64,000 nt of DNA. It comes from the human T2T-CHM13v2.0 reference genome, Homo sapiens. The translations under genes were made by a program, and so were the position numbers. The DNA lies in assembly GCF_009914755.1 (NCBI RefSeq), contig NC_060928.1, one strand, 5' to 3'. Shown piece after piece: positions 63,852 through 64,000 of this stretch. The notes beneath the pieces were generated by a model that was not told the origin of the DNA, made no database searches, and was given only the letters and a program-made list of their open reading frames with translations. Positions within the stretch are counted from its first letter, which is position 1, and each line of letters begins with the position of its first letter.

Positions 63852-64000
63852 ATCAGCCTGGCCAACGTAGTGAGAGCCCATCTCTACAAAAAAAAAACTA
63901 AAAAAATTAGTTGGGCATGGTGGTGCATGCCTGTGGTTCCAGCTACTTGGGAGGCTGAGATGGGAGGATCATTTAAACCCAGGAGGTCAAGGTTGCAGTG
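63852..64000 (+). mobile_element. 5'-truncated AluJ, cut by the window end
   Basis: Alu consensus from cagcctggccaac onward. Confidence 0.85.

Overview
Human/primate genomic DNA, AT-rich and dominated by repeats. I recognise the locus from the NIPAL1 N-terminus (MGAQVRLPPGEPCRE, exon 1, + strand, ATG at 57913). It lies in a CpG island shared head-to-head with CNGA1, the rod cGMP-gated channel alpha subunit gene on the - strand (chr4p12 from prior knowledge). Most of the window is CNGA1 5' introns and non-coding exons: exon 1 in the CpG island, a 100-nt exon carved from a HERV-W LTR17 solo LTR, a 108-nt exon, and a 205-nt antisense-Alu exon giving an N-terminal extension. Large mobile elements are a near-full-length L1PB carrying a MER11 solo LTR (30.7-37.3 kb) and an 11.4-kb nest of retroviral elements (43.5-54.9 kb). 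The most notable unexplained signal is a chain of ten AG/GT-bounded segments on the + strand, antisense to CNGA1. They join in compatible reading phase and end in a stop codon followed by AATAAA, which suggests a decayed protein-coding gene (unitary pseudogene). I assembled that chain by eye, so it is a hypothesis. Repeat subfamily names come from remembered consensus sequences, and Alu/L1/MIR boundaries are approximate.
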